A DNA stretch of 64,000 bases from Rhodospirillales bacterium (GTDB taxonomy: Bacteria; Pseudomonadota; Alphaproteobacteria; CACIAM-22H2). The position numbers were made by a program, and so were the translations under genes. Positions 1-8,968 of this stretch are shown here, one piece after another. Below the pieces are notes generated by a model that was given only the letters and a program-made list of their open reading frames with translations, was not told the DNA's origin and made no database searches. Each line of letters opens with the position of its first letter. Positions within the stretch are counted from its first letter, which is position 1. The stretch is taken from NCBI GenBank assembly GCA_016794025.1, contig JAEUKX010000102.1, positions 1,538 through 65,537 on the forward strand, in the 5' to 3' direction.

Positions 1-11
1 GGGCGGCTACG

Positions 12-764
12 ATGAGGATGCCGCTCCTGCGCATCGAAGGGCTGGTCAAGCGCTTCGGCGGACTTACCGCGACCGACGGGCTCGATCTCGACGTGGCCGA
101 GGGCGAGGTGCATGCGCTGATCGGACCGAACGGCGCGGGAAAGACGACAATCATCAACCAGCTGACGGGCGAGCTGAGGCCGGACGGCGGCCGCATCCTG
201 CTCGATGGCGATGATATCGTCGGCCTCCCGGTCCATGCGCGCGTGCGGCTGGGACTTGCGCGCACGTTCCAGATCGTCCAGCTCATGGGGAGCTACACGG
301 CCCTCGACCATGTGGCGCTGGCCGTCCAGGCGCACGCCGGACACAGCTTCCGGCTCCTGCGCGCCGCGCGCACGGACAGGCAGCTGACGGAACCGGCGCG
401 CGCGATCCTCGACCGGTTTGCGCTGTCCGGGCGCGCGGACAGGCCCGTGGCGCTGCTCTCGCACGGGGAACGCAAGCAGCTCGAGCTTGCCGTGGCGCTG
501 GCGCTCAAGCCGCGTCTGCTGCTGCTCGACGAGCCGATGGCCGGTCTCGGCGCCGCGGAGAGCGCGCAGATGGTCGAGCTGCTGCGCGCGCTCAAGGGCG
601 AGTTCGCGCTGCTGCTGGTGGAACACGACATGGAGGCCGTCTTCACGCTGGCCGACAGGATCTCGGTGCTTGTCGGCGGCCGCGCAATCGCATCGGGTAC
701 GGCCGCCGACATCCAGGCCGACCCCGCCGTGCGCATCGCCTATCTTGGCGAGGGGGACGCGTGA
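12..764 (+). CDS. livG: Branched-chain amino acid (HAAT family) ABC transporter ATP-binding protein, LivG-like
   Basis: 250-aa ORF. Walker A GPNGAGKT, signature LSHGERKQLE, Walker B LLLLDEP, LivG-type C-terminus (PAVRIAYLGE). Its stop overlaps the next ATPase gene. Confidence 0.85.
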   Translation: MRMPLLRIEGLVKRFGGLTATDGLDLDVAEGEVHALIGPNGAGKTTIINQLTGELRPDGGRILLDGDDIVGLPVHARVRLGLARTFQIVQLMGSYTALDHVALAVQAHAGHSFRLLRAARTDRQLTEPARAILDRFALSGRADRPVALLSHGERKQLELAVALALKPRLLLLDEPMAGLGAAESAQMVELLRALKGEFALLLVEHDMEAVFTLADRISVLVGGRAIASGTAADIQADPAVRIAYLGEGDA

Positions 765-1465
765 TGCTGCAGGTTTCCGGCCTTGCCGCGGCCTACGGCG
801 ACAGCCAGGTTCTGTTCGGCATCGACCTGACGATCGCGCGCGGCGAGGTCGTGGCGCTGCTCGGGCGCAACGGCATGGGCAAGACGACCACGATCCGCAC
901 GATCATGGGGCTGACGCGCGCCGTCGGCGGGTCCGCGGAGTTTGCCGGCACGCCCATCCTGGGCCGGCCGCCCGAGGCGGTGGCGCGGCTCGGGATCGGA
1001 CTGGTGCCGGAAGGCCGTCAGGTTTTTCCGACGCTGACGGTGCGCGAAAATCTCGTGGCGACGGCCGCAAACCGGCTTGGCCGGTCGAACCCCTGGACGC
1101 TGGAGCGCGTCTGCGCGCTTTTCGCGCGGCTCGGCGAGCGCTTTTCGCAGCCGGCCGGCACGCTGTCGGGCGGCGAACAGCAGATGCTGGCGATCGGCCG
1201 CGCACTGATGACAAATCCAGACCTTCTGATTCTTGACGAGGCGACCGAAGGGCTGGCGCCGGTCATCCGGGCGGAGATCTGGCGCTGCATCGAGGCGCTG
1301 AAGGCCGAGGGCCAGTCGATCCTGATCGTGGACAAGAACCTGAAGGTGCTGCGGCGGCTCGCCGACCGGCACTATGCGATCGAGAAGGGGCGGACCGTGT
1401 GGACGGGAACCGGTGCCGATCTCGACCGGGAAGCGGAGGTTGTGCATCGCTATGTCGGCGTCTGA
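761..1465 (+). CDS. livF: Branched-chain amino acid ABC transporter ATP-binding protein, LivF-like
   Basis: 234-aa ORF. Walker A GRNGMGKTT, signature LSGGEQQMLAIGRAL, Walker B LLILDEA. GTG at 761 or ATG at 764, overlapping the livG-like stop. Confidence 0.85.
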   Translation: MMLQVSGLAAAYGDSQVLFGIDLTIARGEVVALLGRNGMGKTTTIRTIMGLTRAVGGSAEFAGTPILGRPPEAVARLGIGLVPEGRQVFPTLTVRENLVATAANRLGRSNPWTLERVCALFARLGERFSQPAGTLSGGEQQMLAIGRALMTNPDLLILDEATEGLAPVIRAEIWRCIEALKAEGQSILIVDKNLKVLRRLADRHYAIEKGRTVWTGTGADLDREAEVVHRYVGV

Positions 1466-2567
1466 GACAGTACGTGCGCGCGGCACATCCGCGAAATCCG
1501 ATCCGGTGGCCGCCTTTGCCGAGGCCCTGAATGCCGCGGCCGGCGAACTGGCGCGCGCCGGCTGTGGCCCCGGCGACATGCGGGTGCTCACGCTTTCCGG
1601 GCCGGAGCCGGCTGCCCTCTCGCTGGCGCGCCGCCCGATCGACCGTACCTATCGCGAGACCTTCGGCGGCACGCGTCCGCCCGTGAAAGTCGCGGCGGGG
1701 GCGGCGGTGATGGTCGAGATCGAGGCCGCGCGCCCGGCCGCACCCGATCCCGCACCTGTCTGGCAGGGGCTTTCGCGCGCCGAACTGATGCGCGAGTACA
1801 GCCCGCGCGGCCAGGTGCCTTCGATGCGCGCGCTGTTCGACAAATGGACGGCCGACGGACTGGCGTGGCGCCGGTCACATACCGCGACGGATCTCTTCTA
1901 CGGACCAAGTGCCGACGAGACGTTCGACCTCTACAGGCCGGCCGGGTCCGGGCGGCCGCCGGTGTGGATCTTCATCCATGGCGGCTACTGGCAGGCTTCG
2001 GGCAAGGAGCAGCACGGGCAATTCATGCAAGGCATGCTCGACGCGGGCTATGCGGTTGCGAATGTCGACTACGGTCTGGCACCCGAAACGCCGCTCGAAC
2101 GGATCGTCGCGCAGATCTATGCGTGCGTCGATTTCATCGCGCGGTCGGGCGAATCGCTGGGCATCGATTCTTCGGCGTTGCACGTTTCCGGTCACTCGGC
2201 CGGCGGGCACCTCGCCGCGATGGTTGCCAGCCGTGCCGACGGCCCGCCGGTCCGCTCGGCACTCCTGCTGTCGGGGCTGTTCGACCTTGCGCCTTTCGCG
2301 CATTTACCGATGGGAAAGATCGTCGGCCTGAAAGGGGCAGCGGATATCGCGACTCTCTCGCCGCTCGGGCGCAAATGCCGCGCGGCACGGGTGGGGGTCG
2401 CGCTGGGTGCACTCGAAAGCGCGCAGTTCAAGTGGCAGTCCGACGAGATCGCGCGTGCGTGGAGCGCCGGTTCGCCGTTGCATCTCGAGGGCGCGAACCA
2501 TTTCTCGCTGCTCGACGGTCTCAACGGCGGCCCGCTGCTCGAACTGGCGAAAGCGACCGCCCGCTAG
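1452..2567 (+). CDS. Alpha/beta hydrolase (arylformamidase/esterase-like, HGGYW motif) with an N-terminal RidA/YjgF-like extension
   Basis: ATG at 1452 overlaps the livF-like end by 14 nt. It carries IFIHGGYWQ and the nucleophile elbow GHSAGGH. The N-terminal ~100 aa ends ...AAVMVEIEAA, which resembles a RidA C-terminus. Confidence 0.7.
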   Translation: MSASETVRARGTSAKSDPVAAFAEALNAAAGELARAGCGPGDMRVLTLSGPEPAALSLARRPIDRTYRETFGGTRPPVKVAAGAAVMVEIEAARPAAPDPAPVWQGLSRAELMREYSPRGQVPSMRALFDKWTADGLAWRRSHTATDLFYGPSADETFDLYRPAGSGRPPVWIFIHGGYWQASGKEQHGQFMQGMLDAGYAVANVDYGLAPETPLERIVAQIYACVDFIARSGESLGIDSSALHVSGHSAGGHLAAMVASRADGPPVRSALLLSGLFDLAPFAHLPMGKIVGLKGAADIATLSPLGRKCRAARVGVALGALESAQFKWQSDEIARAWSAGSPLHLEGANHFSLLDGLNGGPLLELAKATAR

Positions 2568-3166
2568 CCGAACGTCCGCCAGCCTGCGATCCATCTCGAG
2601 AGGGTCGTGAGGAGGCACGCGGCGGCGAAGATCCATGCCAGGAGCGGAAAGGCCGCCGGCCAAAGGCAGATGGCCACGAAGAAGGCGACCGTCTCGCCCC
2701 CTTCCGTGAGGCCGCCGAGATACCGGATTCCCTTGTCCGCTTCCCTTGCCGCCGAGGGATCGCGCGCCGCGACGGCCGCAAACGCAAGGAAGCTGCTGCC
2801 CGTGCCCACGAAAGCGACGACGAGTGCGCAGGCCGCCAGCGCGTTTGCCGCCGGATCGGCCAGGGCAAAGGCAAGCGGGATGCAGGCGTAGAAGAAGAAA
2901 TCCAGCGCGATGTCGAGGAACGCGCCGCGATCGGTCGGCCCCGCGATCCGCGCCACGGCTCCGTCGAGGCCATCGAGAAGCCGATTGGCGAGGATGGCGC
3001 CCAGACCGAGAAGCGGCCGCCCGCTCGCGATCGCCGGAACGGCCGCAAGCCCGAGGATGAAGCCGGCGATCGTCAGGGTGTCGGCCTGCACGCCGAGCCG
3101 GGCAAGCCGGCGCGCGGGTGGCGCAAGGATGCGTTTCTGCCAGGGCAGGATCAGGCGGTCGAACAT
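2564..3166 (-). CDS. CDP-alcohol phosphatidyltransferase family protein
   Basis: Internal ATG at 3166 (MFDRLILPWQ...). It has the motif DGLDGAVAR...D and several hydrophobic segments. The upstream part of ORF 2564..3469 is Arg/Ser-rich shadow. Confidence 0.7.
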   Translation of the reverse strand: MFDRLILPWQKRILAPPARRLARLGVQADTLTIAGFILGLAAVPAIASGRPLLGLGAILANRLLDGLDGAVARIAGPTDRGAFLDIALDFFFYACIPLAFALADPAANALAACALVVAFVGTGSSFLAFAAVAARDPSAAREADKGIRYLGGLTEGGETVAFFVAICLWPAAFPLLAWIFAAACLLTTLSRWIAGWRTFG

Positions 3167-3176
3167 CCACGCAAGG

Positions 3177-3590
3177 CTACACCGCCTCGATCGCGAAATC
3201 CTGTGCGCCCTTCCAGAGCACCGACTTGCCCATGGGCTGGAGATTTTCGAGCCCCTCGGTGAGCGTGATGAAGTGATTGCCGGCGAGCTGGCCGACCTTG
3301 CTCGCGAACCGGACGGGCCCGTAGGCGAACAGGATTTCGGTCTCGCTGAGCCCGCCCGGATAGACGATGATCTGGCCGGGGGCCGGATAGCTCGTCTGGT
3401 TCTCGTATCGCAGGCCGAAATCGTGTTCGCCCAGCGGGATCCAGCACGCCTCGCCGCTCCAGCGGACATGGATGATCTTGTTGCGGTAGGGCAGCAGGCT
3501 GCGGAAGACCGCGCATGTCGCAGGTGCTGCGGCGGTCTCGAAATGTCCCCCGAAGACGTAGGGCCCGGCGGTTATGCGTATCTTGTCCAT
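3177..3590 (-). CDS. Cyclophilin-like DUF3830-type protein
   Basis: 137-aa ORF with G/C-rich third codon positions. The pattern MDKIRITAG...F.G.FETAAAPATCAVF..LLP fits my recollection of DUF3830. This is not verified. Confidence 0.5.
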   Translation of the reverse strand: MDKIRITAGPYVFGGHFETAAAPATCAVFRSLLPYRNKIIHVRWSGEACWIPLGEHDFGLRYENQTSYPAPGQIIVYPGGLSETEILFAYGPVRFASKVGQLAGNHFITLTEGLENLQPMGKSVLWKGAQDFAIEAV

Positions 3591-3681
3591 TGTCGGCCGA
3601 CTCCTTCTTGCGGGCGACCGCCTCGCAATTCGGATGCCAGCCTAGCGCCGCGGGCCGGCTGTCGTCACGCGGCACCGGCGC

Positions 3682-5247
3682 TCAGTGTCCGCCACCGCCC
3701 CCGCCGGGCCGCTGCGGGCGCTGCATCAACGGCGTCAGCACGACGAGCGCGAGGAACAGCCAGGTCAGGACGAAGAACACGTCCCCCAGCGACATGACGA
3801 ACGCCTGCTGGCGCACGATGGAGGCGGTCTTCCGGATGGCGGCGAGATCGGCGTCGCTGCCCAGACGCGCAAGCCCCGCCGCCAGCGTCGCGATGGTCTC
3901 GAGCGCGCTGGCGCTGGCCCAGGTGACCTGCTCGTGCAGGCGCTGGAGATGCAGGTCCGTGCGGTGGTTCAGAAGCGTGTTTATCAGGGCGAGCCCGACC
4001 GCGCCGCCGAGATTGCGCGTCAGGTTGAAGAGCCCGGCCGCATTCTTCAGCCGCTCGGGCGGCAGCGTGCCTAGCGCCAGATTGTTGATCGGGACCATGG
4101 CGGCCATGATGCCCACGCCGCGCAGGATCTGCGGCACGAGCAGTTCCCAGAAGTCCCAGTCGACCGTGATGGCTGATGCCTGCAGCGTGCCCACCGAGAA
4201 CATCAGAAAGCCGACCGCGATCATCGCGCGCGGGTCGACCCTGCCCATGAGCCGGCCGGTGACCGGTGCGGTGAAGAACATGCAAAGGCCGGTGACGAAC
4301 ATCGTTTCGCCGATCTGCAGGGCCGAAAAGCCGCGCACGCGCGCCAGATACACGGGGTAGAGGTAGGTGAGGCCGTAGAGCCCGATTCCCATCACGAACG
4401 AGCACACCGAGCCTGCCCAGAAGTTCCGGTAGAGATAGGCGGTCAGGTCGACGATGGGGTTTTTCGCCGTGAGCGTCCGCCAGAAGAACGCGAGACCGGC
4501 GATTGCGGCCGTCGCACCCGCGGTGACGATCAGTTCGCTCTCGAACCAGTCCTTTGCCGGGCCTTCCTCAAGGAAGTATTCGAGCGAGCCCAGGAACACC
4601 GCCATCGTCGCAAGCCCGAACCAGTCGAACCCCTCGAGAAGCGAAAGATCGGAGCGGTCGAAATCGATCAGCGTCCAGGCCGCGATCGTCACCCCGATGC
4701 CGGGGATGATGTTGACGAGGAATAGCCAGTGCCACGAGAAGAGATCGGTGAGGTAGCCGCCGACTGTCGGCCCGATCGTCGGCGCCAGCGTGACGACCAG
4801 GCCGATCGCGGGTGCGATGAGCGGCTGCTTGCTGCGCGGGAAGATCGTGTAGGAGGAGGCGAAGACCGTCGGGATCATGCCGCCGCCGATGAACCCCTGC
4901 AGCGTGCGCCACAGGATCATTTCGTCGAGGGTCGTGGCATTGGCGCAGAGAAAGCTTGCGAACGTGAAGCCGCCTGCCGAGATCGTGAAGATTATCCGCG
5001 TGGAAAACGCCCGGCTCAGGAACCCGGACAGCGGGATCATGATCACCTCGGCGATCAGGTAGCTTGTCTGGACCCAGGCGATCTCCTCGGCGCTTGCGGA
5101 CAGGCCGGCCTGGATCTCGGCGAGCGAGGCGGAGACGATCTGGATATCGAGGACGGCCATGAACATGCCGAAGACCATCGCGATGAACGCGATGACGCGC
5201 CGCGGATCGAGACGGTCCGCGGCGCCCGGCACGGCAGGCGCGTTCAC
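3682..5247 (-). CDS. DHA2-family MFS multidrug efflux permease (EmrB/QacA-like, 14-TMS type)
   Basis: 521 aa. The N-terminus FMAVLDIQIVSASLAEIQAGL...WVQTSYLIAEVIMIPLSGFLS is typical of EmrB. Its start overlaps the HlyD gene stop. Confidence 0.85.
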   Translation of the reverse strand: MNAPAVPGAADRLDPRRVIAFIAMVFGMFMAVLDIQIVSASLAEIQAGLSASAEEIAWVQTSYLIAEVIMIPLSGFLSRAFSTRIIFTISAGGFTFASFLCANATTLDEMILWRTLQGFIGGGMIPTVFASSYTIFPRSKQPLIAPAIGLVVTLAPTIGPTVGGYLTDLFSWHWLFLVNIIPGIGVTIAAWTLIDFDRSDLSLLEGFDWFGLATMAVFLGSLEYFLEEGPAKDWFESELIVTAGATAAIAGLAFFWRTLTAKNPIVDLTAYLYRNFWAGSVCSFVMGIGLYGLTYLYPVYLARVRGFSALQIGETMFVTGLCMFFTAPVTGRLMGRVDPRAMIAVGFLMFSVGTLQASAITVDWDFWELLVPQILRGVGIMAAMVPINNLALGTLPPERLKNAAGLFNLTRNLGGAVGLALINTLLNHRTDLHLQRLHEQVTWASASALETIATLAAGLARLGSDADLAAIRKTASIVRQQAFVMSLGDVFFVLTWLFLALVVLTPLMQRPQRPGGGGGGH

Positions 5248-6374
5248 GGGGCCGCCGGCCTGTCGTGCGTGCGCACGCCGGCAACGACCGACATGCCCGG
5301 CCGGAGCACGCCTTCGCGCGCCACTTCCGGCGGGACGGCAATGCGAACGGGCACACGCTGGACGATCTTGGTGAAGTTGCCCGTCGCGTTCTCCGGCGGC
5401 AGCAGCGAGAATTCCGAGCCCGACGCGGGCGCGATGCTGACGAGCGTGCCGCGGATCGTGCGGCCGGGGTAGGCGTCCACCGTCACGTCGACCGCCTGGC
5501 CCGGCTTGAGATTGGCGAGCTGCGTTTCCTTGAAGTTCGCCTGGATGTAGACGCCGTCGAGCGGGACGATCGCCATGAGCCGCGTCCCCGGTTGCACGTA
5601 CTGGCCCGGCTGGGCCGCGCGGTTGCCCACGATGCCGTCGAACGGCGCGCGGACGGCGGTGAAGGACAGGTCGCGTTCGGCGCGCTGGAGAACTGTCTCA
5701 AGTTCGCGGCGCTGGCTTTCGGCTTCCGCCTGCTGGGCGCGCAGAACATCAAGGGCGGCGTTCGCGGCTTCGACCCCGGCACGCGCCCCGGCGAGATTGG
5801 CAATCGCGCGGTCCCGGTCGGCGCGCGCCTGGTCGAGCGTGGCAACCGAACCGTTGCCCGAGCGTGCCAGCGAGTCCGCGCGTGCAAAGGAAAGGTTGGC
5901 GCGCGCCAGTTCGGCTTGTGCTGCGCCAAGCTGGGCGGCGGCCTGTTCGATGGATGCGCGCTGGGCGGTGGTCTGCCGGACGATGCGCGCGAGCGTGGCT
6001 TCCTGGGTGGCGATACGTTCGCGTGCCGCTTCGACCGCAAGCCGGTAGTCGCCGTCGTCCACCCGCACGAGCGTGTCGCCGGCCTTGACCTGCGTGTTGT
6101 CCGCGACGTCGACGGCGGCGACCAGCCCCGGCACCTTCGCCGCGACGATCGACTGGTCGGCCTTCACGTAGGCATCGTCCGTCGACACGATGAAGCGGCC
6201 TTCGACGAACCAGCCGTAGCCCTTCCAGCCGCCGTATCCAATTGCGACGGCGAGGGCGAGGAAAAGCAGGATGCGCTTGCGCGGCGCGCGGGCCGATACG
6301 CCCGCCGGCGCGCTGCTCGCGTCGGGCGTGACCGTGTCGGGGCGCAGCTTCGCGCGTTCGTTGTCCATTTTCAT
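5244..6374 (-). CDS. HlyD-family membrane fusion protein (EmrA-like)
   Basis: 376 aa with an N-terminal TM segment, a long Ala/Gln/Arg coiled coil, and a C-terminal beta-barrel motif (VDVTVDAYPGRTIRGTLVSIAPASGSEFSLLPPENATGNF). Confidence 0.85.
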   Translation of the reverse strand: MKMDNERAKLRPDTVTPDASSAPAGVSARAPRKRILLFLALAVAIGYGGWKGYGWFVEGRFIVSTDDAYVKADQSIVAAKVPGLVAAVDVADNTQVKAGDTLVRVDDGDYRLAVEAARERIATQEATLARIVRQTTAQRASIEQAAAQLGAAQAELARANLSFARADSLARSGNGSVATLDQARADRDRAIANLAGARAGVEAANAALDVLRAQQAEAESQRRELETVLQRAERDLSFTAVRAPFDGIVGNRAAQPGQYVQPGTRLMAIVPLDGVYIQANFKETQLANLKPGQAVDVTVDAYPGRTIRGTLVSIAPASGSEFSLLPPENATGNFTKIVQRVPVRIAVPPEVAREGVLRPGMSVVAGVRTHDRPAAP

Positions 6375-6444
6375 AATCGATCGTCCTGGGCCGGAGGGGG
6401 CGGCCGCGATGCCTTGACAATTGTCTGAGCGCCATTCAAATTGA

Positions 6445-6459
6445 ACCGAACGGTTCGGT
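6445..6459. promoter_or_regulatory. Candidate TetR operator in the divergent emrA-like/tetR promoter region
   Basis: Perfect inverted repeat ACCGAAC-G-GTTCGGT lying between the 6374 and 6487 start codons. Confidence 0.4.
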
Positions 6460-6486
6460 CAACATATTTTGCAAGCGCGTAACGAA

Positions 6487-7140
6487 ATGTCTGCACCCGA
6501 GGCAACATCGCCCCCCACCGGTCAGGACGATAGCGCGAGCGACAGCGCGAAGCGTCGGCAAATCATTGAAGGTGCGAGAGAAATCTTCCTGCGGGACGGC
6601 TTCGACGGCGCCAGCATGAACGAAATCACGAAGGCAGCCGGGGTCTCCAAGGGAACAGTGTACGCCTATTTCCCCTCGAAGGAGGCGCTGTTCGAAGCCC
6701 TGATCCGGGAGGATCGACGCGCTCAGGCAGAGCGTATCTGCACGTTCGACATCGAGGATCACGACGTCGCAAAGGTGCTGCGGGACTTCGGCACGAACCT
6801 GATGGCTGCGATGTCGCGGCCGGGCGCCATGGCCCACCTGCGCACGGTGATCGCCGCGGCTGCGAAATTTCCGGCCATTGGCCGCGCGTTCTACGAGGCG
6901 GGCCCGCGCTTCGGCGTCGGACGTCTGGCCGCGTATCTCGAACGGCAGGTCGCGGCCGGGCACCTCGCCATTGATGACGTGCAGCGCGCGGCGTTCCATT
7001 TCATCGAGCTCTGCCAGGCGAAGCACATGAAGCAGATGCTGTTCTGCGTCGTCGAACGCCCGGATGCGGAGGAACTCCGCCGGTCGATCAATGCGGCGGT
7101 CGACGTCTTCATGGCTGCCTACGGCCCTCGACGCGGCTAG
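6487..7140 (+). CDS. TetR/AcrR family transcriptional regulator
   Basis: HTH RRQIIEGAREIFLRDGFDGASMNEITKAAGVSKGTVYAYFPSKEALF. Divergent from the efflux pair. ATG at 6487; the ORF track starts at TTG 6469. Confidence 0.85.
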   Translation: MSAPEATSPPTGQDDSASDSAKRRQIIEGAREIFLRDGFDGASMNEITKAAGVSKGTVYAYFPSKEALFEALIREDRRAQAERICTFDIEDHDVAKVLRDFGTNLMAAMSRPGAMAHLRTVIAAAAKFPAIGRAFYEAGPRFGVGRLAAYLERQVAAGHLAIDDVQRAAFHFIELCQAKHMKQMLFCVVERPDAEELRRSINAAVDVFMAAYGPRRG

Positions 7141-7286
7141 AACTTCCGCCGGCCATGAGCCTGTTTGGGGTGCGCATGAGCGCATGCCTTGCCGTGCGAA
7201 CGCATGGCAGAATTCTTGCTCTCGCTGCTAACATCGCATTGTAGCGCGTCCTGTTCAGGGGGGCGCGCCACAGGGACCGGAGCGCG

Positions 7287-8099
7287 ATGCAAGCAGCCCC
7301 CACGACGCAACTGCCGCCGCCACCACCTTTCGCGTGGCGCCGTGCGTTCGACACGGCGCAGTTTGTCTTGTTCGCAGGATTCGTCGCCTGGCTGGTCGTC
7401 CAGGGTGCCGGCCGCATGGGGTATAACTGGCAGTGGTACCGCGTGCCGCGCTATTTCGTGCGCGAGATCGACGGCGAATATTACGCGGGTCCGCTCGCAA
7501 AGGGACTTCTCGTCACGCTCGAGATCAGCGCCTTCGCGCTGCTGCTCACCATCGCTTTGGGACTTGTCGCGGCGATCCTGCGACAGTCGGGATCGGTCGT
7601 CGGCGGCGGGCTCGTGCGCGTCTATGTCGAGGCGATCCGGAATACGCCGCTGCTCGTTCAGCTCTATCTCTTTTACTTCGTGCTCGCGCCGATCCTCGGC
7701 ATCGACCGGTACTGGACGGGCATCCTCTGTCTTGCCGTCTTCGAAGGCGCATTTGCCGCCGAGATTTTCCGGGCCGGCATCGAGGCCGTGCCGAAGGGCC
7801 AGTGGGAAGCCGCGCGAAGCCTGGGCCTGCCGACATCGCGCATCTACCGGCATGTCGTCCTGCCGCAGGCGCTGCGTCTCGTGCTGCCGCCGCTCACCGG
7901 TCTTTCGGTCTCGCTCGTGAAGCATTCGGCGATCGTCAGCGTGATTGCCGTTTTCGATCTTACCAACGAAGGGCGCAACGTCATCGCCGACACGTTCATG
8001 ACGTTCGAGATCTGGCTTGCCGTCGCTGCCGTCTATGTGGCCGTGACGGGGGCAATGTCGGCCGGTGTCAGCCTGCTGGAGCGCCGGCTCAAGAACTGA
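7287..8099 (+). CDS. Polar amino acid (His/Glu/Gln/Arg/opine family) ABC transporter permease
   Basis: 270 aa. It has the EAA-loop-like motif AGIEAVPKGQWEAARSLGL and IRNTPLLVQLYLFYF. Confidence 0.8.
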   Translation: MQAAPTTQLPPPPPFAWRRAFDTAQFVLFAGFVAWLVVQGAGRMGYNWQWYRVPRYFVREIDGEYYAGPLAKGLLVTLEISAFALLLTIALGLVAAILRQSGSVVGGGLVRVYVEAIRNTPLLVQLYLFYFVLAPILGIDRYWTGILCLAVFEGAFAAEIFRAGIEAVPKGQWEAARSLGLPTSRIYRHVVLPQALRLVLPPLTGLSVSLVKHSAIVSVIAVFDLTNEGRNVIADTFMTFEIWLAVAAVYVAVTGAMSAGVSLLERRLKN

Positions 8100-8134
8100 A
8101 ACGCACCAACCAACAGGAAGGAAGAGGAGGTCCC

Positions 8135-8968
8135 ATGTTCAGTCTGAGGAAGATCGCCGTCGCGGCGATCGCACTTGCGGCACTCGCCGTGCCGCCCGTC
8201 GCCAAGGCGCAGGACGCCCGCCAGGGGCTCGCCGCCTCGAGCGCCATCGAGGAGATCAAGAAGCGCGGCACGCTGCGTGTCGGGCTTTCGACCTTTGTGC
8301 CGTGGGCCTTCCGGTCCAAGTCGGGCGATCTGATCGGCTACGAGGTCGATGTCGCCAAGAAGCTCGCCGCCGACATGGGCGTGAAGGCGGAGTTCGTGCC
8401 GACCGCGTGGGACGGCATCATTCCCGCCCTGCTGGCCGGCCAGTTCGACTTCATCATCGGCGGCATGACGATCACGCCGGCACGCAATCTTACCGTCAAC
8501 TTCACGTCGCCCTATTCGGCCACCGGCGTGGACGTGGTCGCCAGCAAGAAGCTCGCCGGCAGCTTCAAGACGATCGCCGATTTCGACAAGCCGACGGTCA
8601 CGCTCTCCGCGCGCCGCGGCACATCGGCGGCCACGACGGCCCAGCGCCTCTTCCCGAAAGCCACGCTGCGGCTGTTCGACGATGACGCGCCGGCCCTGCT
8701 CGAGGTGCAGAACGACCGCGCCCACGCCTGGGTGAGCACGGTTCCCAAGCCCTCGTTTGCCGCACTCGACAACCCGAACGCCCTGTTCAAGCCGTTCCCG
8801 GACGTCATCGCCAAGCAGGCAGACGCCATGGCCGTGCGCAAGGGCGATCCCGACGCGCTCAACTTCCTCAACAACTGGATCCTCAACCGCACGCTCGACG
8901 GCTGGCTCGAGGAGCGTCAGGCATACTGGTTCAAGGCACGCGAGTGGAAAGACCAGCAGGCACAGTAA
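8135..8968 (+). CDS. Polar amino acid ABC transporter substrate-binding protein (family 3)
   Basis: ATG at 8135 follows GGAAGAGGAGG. Signal peptide MFSLRKIAVAAIALAALAVPPVAKA. Also LRVGL...GYEVDVAKKLA...F.IGGMTITPAR. Confidence 0.85.
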   Translation: MFSLRKIAVAAIALAALAVPPVAKAQDARQGLAASSAIEEIKKRGTLRVGLSTFVPWAFRSKSGDLIGYEVDVAKKLAADMGVKAEFVPTAWDGIIPALLAGQFDFIIGGMTITPARNLTVNFTSPYSATGVDVVASKKLAGSFKTIADFDKPTVTLSARRGTSAATTAQRLFPKATLRLFDDDAPALLEVQNDRAHAWVSTVPKPSFAALDNPNALFKPFPDVIAKQADAMAVRKGDPDALNFLNNWILNRTLDGWLEERQAYWFKAREWKDQQAQ

